Positions 61,331 through 64,000 of a stretch of 64,000 bases of DNA are shown here, piece by piece. The stretch comes from Paraphysomonas bandaiensis (taxonomy: Eukaryota; Protista; Chrysophyceae): positions 363,310-427,309 of the forward strand of contig CBFFRP010000352.1 of assembly GCA_965644295.1 (NCBI GenBank). Reading direction: 5' to 3'. The notes beneath the pieces are model-generated. The model saw nothing but the letters and a program-made list of their open reading frames with translations, was not told the origin of the DNA and did no database searches. A program made the position numbers and the translations under genes. Positions within the stretch are counted from its first letter, which is position 1. Each line of letters starts with the position of its first letter.

Positions 61331-62968
61331 CGAGTACTCTGTGTGAGAATTGGAGGCAGCCGTACGATTTTAGTCTTGGTATGGCCTTTTTTTCAGAAAC
61401 CCCCCACTTTTATATACCCTATAAGAGAAAAGCTCTATTTTGTGTGAGTTTTTGCGAAAGTGAGTGTGTATGTGCAGAGTCCAGCAGTAAAGGCAGATAC
61501 TTACATCACGACTGTTTAACCCTCATACATCGAGTCGTCTGCTGTTGGTTGTGATATCAGATGAATGCAGCATACCCAGCGCAAGATATCGTTGAGTAGC
61601 TTCTCAGATGTGAAGAAATATAGTTTGTGAGAGAAAATAAAGAGGGTCGTTCCTAAACCCTCGAACTCTTCGTTCCTCACACGAGGAACATATGCAGCCG
61701 TTCAGTATAATTGCACAGGCCGCAAGAAGCAAAGGAAGAAAATTGTTGATTTCATTAAGTTTCGCCAAGAGTACTACGAAACATCTGTAGTGATTCAACA
61801 ATTGGAAGATGCTGGCGCAATGCAAATTGTTTGCCGGTTCCAATGCAGCTGCAACTGATTAATGACTTCGGCTCAGCGGATATATATATAAGATATCAAA
61901 GAATGATGTCGATTCCATGTGCATCCTACTGTCAACTTTGTGTGCCAAAGTTAAGGAGCTCCCGGATGTGCCTGCATAGTTTTAAGAATTACTTAGGTAA
62001 GTTCTGATTGTGCCGAACAGCGAGCCAGCGCTGATGCTGTGTGTGTTGAAAATTCTTCTACTATTCCCTACCAGCTTGTTAAGATCGCTACCGAATTGTA
62101 TCTACCATGGTTTTACTATCCAAAAACTGTATCACATTTTCCCTACATATTGTATTCTAGACTACACTGCATATCTATATGCTGTGCTACAGTATATAAT
62201 ACAGGACGTACATATAAATACAGTGTATGAAGATAGTTGTCCTACAGAATCACTATACTTTTACTTTTCTAATTAGTATTATTTTTAATTTGGCACCATT
62301 ATGGCTTATATTATGATAGAAAATGACATAGCGGTTATAATTTGAATACCTTATAACCACAACGTCAAATTGCTCTCATATCAGAAGTCAGCTTACAGCA
62401 TATTATGCTAGCATCACTAAGTTTAAGCCGATAGAATTAAAGTAGGCTTACTGAGGGAACAATACGAGGGTCATCTCAAATACATAATTTTCTTTAATCA
62501 AGAAATATATATGTGCTGCCTACACATCTTTAAAAAAACAAGGTTAATTAAAGCTAAATAACAACTAGCGCTAGAATAATGAATACAAAGAAAGAAAAAC
62601 GTAATAGCACAATGAAACAGCAACATTTCGCACTTATAATTGTTGCAAGGCAACAACAAGCCAAAACTAAATTATGCGCTCTTTTGATTAAAATAAGAAA
62701 ATGACTTTAATTTGTAGAGCACAGCGCATTAAATGTAGGATATAGCTACTAGCGATAAATATCAACAAGCTTCAAGTTCGTACTGAAGAGTTGGCTGTAA
62801 TTTAATAGCCCTTAGTATTGCAAACTACACTCATGATGTTCCTTAGACGCATAACCAATCGACTGTACATCTACATAGCTATACAGTGTTGTAATCATAC
62901 TTCCTGCAATTTTGACCCAATGCCAAGATTAAGCTACAATATACAATTGCTGCCAGCTTCTGATAGCA

Positions 62969-63419
62969 GTGAAAGCTTTATTATAAGCAATAGTCATTGA
63001 AGAGTCAGAAGTAATTTAGCACTGCAATTGAGCTAACTCGTACTTAACTCTAGTATCCTACTATTTAGCGCTACGAAAGCTCCAAGGTGCAACCACTTTC
63101 ACTCTATCACTCAAAACAAGCGCACACTATACCTGACATCTGCTGCCTTAGGATTCTTGAGTCCTTAAGTGAACAGCCGGGATGCTTAACTTCAGCAAGC
63201 AGCCCAATCCGGTGCCTGTGAATTCGTCAGGGCCCGAAGACGTCTACATATGTGGCACTTACATTAGTGTCCCTTGTACCACACAAGCATTCGGCTATGA
63301 GTGGGCAGAACAATATCTGCTGACTATATATGCGGCTAATGTTAGTTTCCCGGAGAAATATTGTCGGTGCTTATCCCCCAGAACACCATAAAAAGGTGTG
63401 AGTTTGACTTTATTGAGGG
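62969..63419 (-). mobile_element. Diverged near-complete short-form retroposon
   Basis: 5' end CCCTCAATAAAG at 63419 with a mutated ribozyme head. Family body and a degenerate 3' end near 62970. Confidence 0.8.
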
Positions 63420-63452
63420 TAAGAATTACATTATATGATATGTATAGAGAGT

Positions 63453-63544
63453 TGACTGACAGTGGTATATGTAGCTCACATTAGCTATCCGAAGAAATAT
63501 CTCCCAGAACACTACGAAAAGGTACAAGTCCGACGTTGTTGAGG
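63453..63544 (-). mobile_element. Isolated degenerate 5' head (ribozyme region) of the retroposon
   Basis: Minus strand CCTCAACAACGTCGGACTTGTACCTTTTCGTAGTGTTCTGGGAG, directly upstream of the 63419 copy. Confidence 0.7.
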
Positions 63545-64000
63545 ATATCTTGCTTTAGGAATTTGTCTAACAACGAATATCTTAACACATTCATTTCACG
63601 ACACATCTAAGTAGTGGTCGGCAGTAAACAATTCTTTCATTAACTGTCTCGATTCTCGATTAAGACCCTGGCTGTCGTAGGAGTTACTTTGGATTGTCAG
63701 GAGGAGAGTATACATCAGGATACTACACTATAGAAGTACGATAGAGTATACCGTCAATATTTATGGTGGCTTAGTGTAGTGCCAGCGTTTGTGAGTGTAG
63801 TCTATTGTCTATGATACTATATGGACAAATAGTAGAAGCGTAGTAGCAACCATCTAGCATAGGTCATTAATCATTGGTATAACAAATTACTTCTGCCACA
63901 AGCAAGCAATAACACTGTCCTTTATTTTCAACTGTACATCGATATTACGTTATAACATCACTGCCAGAATAAAACTATTTTGAGATAAACTTTTCTGTTG

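Noticed and set aside
61450-62300. Coding-like composition with short ORFs
   Set aside because: Frequent stops in all frames examined and no recognisable homology.
1-64000. CRISPR array, rRNA or prokaryotic operon/defence system
   Set aside because: No repeat-spacer array or rRNA-like sequence was seen, and the genes are spliceosomal-intron-containing eukaryotic genes.

Overview
Gene-dense eukaryotic nuclear DNA with short (about 45-60 nt) GT-AG introns. Gene content and a nucleus-encoded ATP synthase alpha suggest a protist, plausibly a stramenopile/ochrophyte (inference only). About 19 protein genes, mostly in head-to-head pairs: SMCHD1-like/NHE8-like, GST/acyl-CoA synthetase, MON1/hypothetical, DGK/7TM receptor-like, ankyrin/FN3-Gly-rich-Kelch giant, FANCA-like/SGNH-like, LSM11-like/DIS3-like and JmjC/ATP synthase alpha. 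Unpaired genes are a mitochondrial carrier, a SET methyltransferase and a 77-aa spliced tail-anchored microprotein missed by the ORF track. There is also a tRNA-Ala(AGC). The AT-rich gaps hold hAT-type elements with TIRs and 8-bp TSDs, a sugar-dehydratase pseudogene and a dispersed non-autonomous retroposon family of at least 9 copies or fragments. Top finding: this family has 10-13-bp TSDs, a fixed 3' end and a fixed 5' end (CCCTCAACAAAG...). Its first ~88 nt fold into an HDV-like double-pseudoknot ribozyme that closely resembles the trypanosome L1Tc/ingi/RIME signature (Pr77). All analysis was by eye; exon boundaries are approximate unless stated.
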